DNA of 64,000 nucleotides, from positions 35,404,001-35,468,000 of the forward strand of contig NC_086097.1 of the NCBI RefSeq assembly GCF_963921235.1. The letters are read 5' to 3'. The first letter of the stretch is position 1. Every line of letters starts with the position of its first letter. The notes under the pieces are model-generated. The model saw nothing but the letters and a program-made list of their open reading frames with translations. It did not search any database and had not been told where the DNA came from. Positions 63,391-64,000 of the stretch are shown piece after piece. Both the position numbers and the translations under genes were made by a program. This DNA is from Mobula hypostoma (taxonomy: Eukaryota).

Positions 63391-64000
63391 CTAATTCTTT
63401 CTGTATTAAAGCTTCTTGTATGTGCTCTAACCTTGTTGTTGACCAAACTCTTTATCAAACACCTTAAAATCTAAATAATCACCTTGCCTCCGGAGATTCC
63501 CACTTATCGAATTCACATGTCACAACCTTTAAAAAATTCCAGCAAATCAGCCAAATGTTAGTTTTGTTTAATAAATCCACGTTGGCTGCACTTTGTCCTA
63601 CTGTTCTGTTCATGGTGCTCTTTCATTATAAATTTTATCATTTTCCTTACTGCTGCCAATAGGCTAACAGACTAATAGTTCGCCACTTCTCTCACCCTCT
63701 TTTCTCAAATGGTTTACTATTCTTCAATCTGCAGTCCCAGCATCTATAGAATCAAGTGTCTCCAGATCAATTTTCTGGTAACTTAACCTTGAACATCATC
63801 ATAATCTATTTGCAAAACATAAGGTAAAAGAAAAGAACAAAATTTAGATGGAAGGTGCTTGCTATTTACTTGACAGATGACTGTAGAGAGTTCACCTGTG
63901 ATGTAATTGAGCCTGCCACCTCATCTTTCATTCAGTGCTCTGAAAGGCACAGAAAATGAGAGATTCTCCTTTGGAATTATCCTGGGCAGAATTTTGATTG

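Noticed and set aside
1..64000. CRISPR arrays, prokaryotic defence systems or endogenous viral genes
   Set aside because: No repeat-spacer arrays, operon-like gene density or viral protein motifs; the interpretable ORFs all map to eukaryotic transposons.

Overview
Repeat-dense eukaryotic genomic DNA, intronic or intergenic. The repeat mix (CR1, Rex1/Babar-like, Penelope-like elements, V-SINEs, Deu-like SINEs) suggests a cartilaginous fish, probably a ray; this is an inference. I recognise no host protein-coding gene, and every long ORF I can interpret derives from a transposon. Elements with clear boundaries: a 2.7-kb Penelope-like (PLE) foldback insertion with a 15-bp target-site duplication (TSD), two short PLE foldback insertions with 14-bp TSDs, minimal type I hammerhead ribozymes in the PLE ends, two solo LTRs with 4-bp TSDs, a piggyBac-type MITE (TTAA), a Tc1 derivative (TA), a hAT/Charlie-SPIN-like derivative (8-bp TSD) plus two 80-bp hAT MITEs, a 5'-truncated L1/Tx1 copy, a young 5'-truncated CR1, and a Rex1/Babar-like LINE with an internal deletion present in two copies. 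The most interesting signal is the series of hammerhead-bearing PLE foldback insertions whose inversion points lie at or near the ribozyme. A 69-bp-arm inverted repeat at 13.5-13.8 kb remains unexplained. Coordinates of old, degraded fragments are approximate, and all family names come from motif recognition, not database searches.
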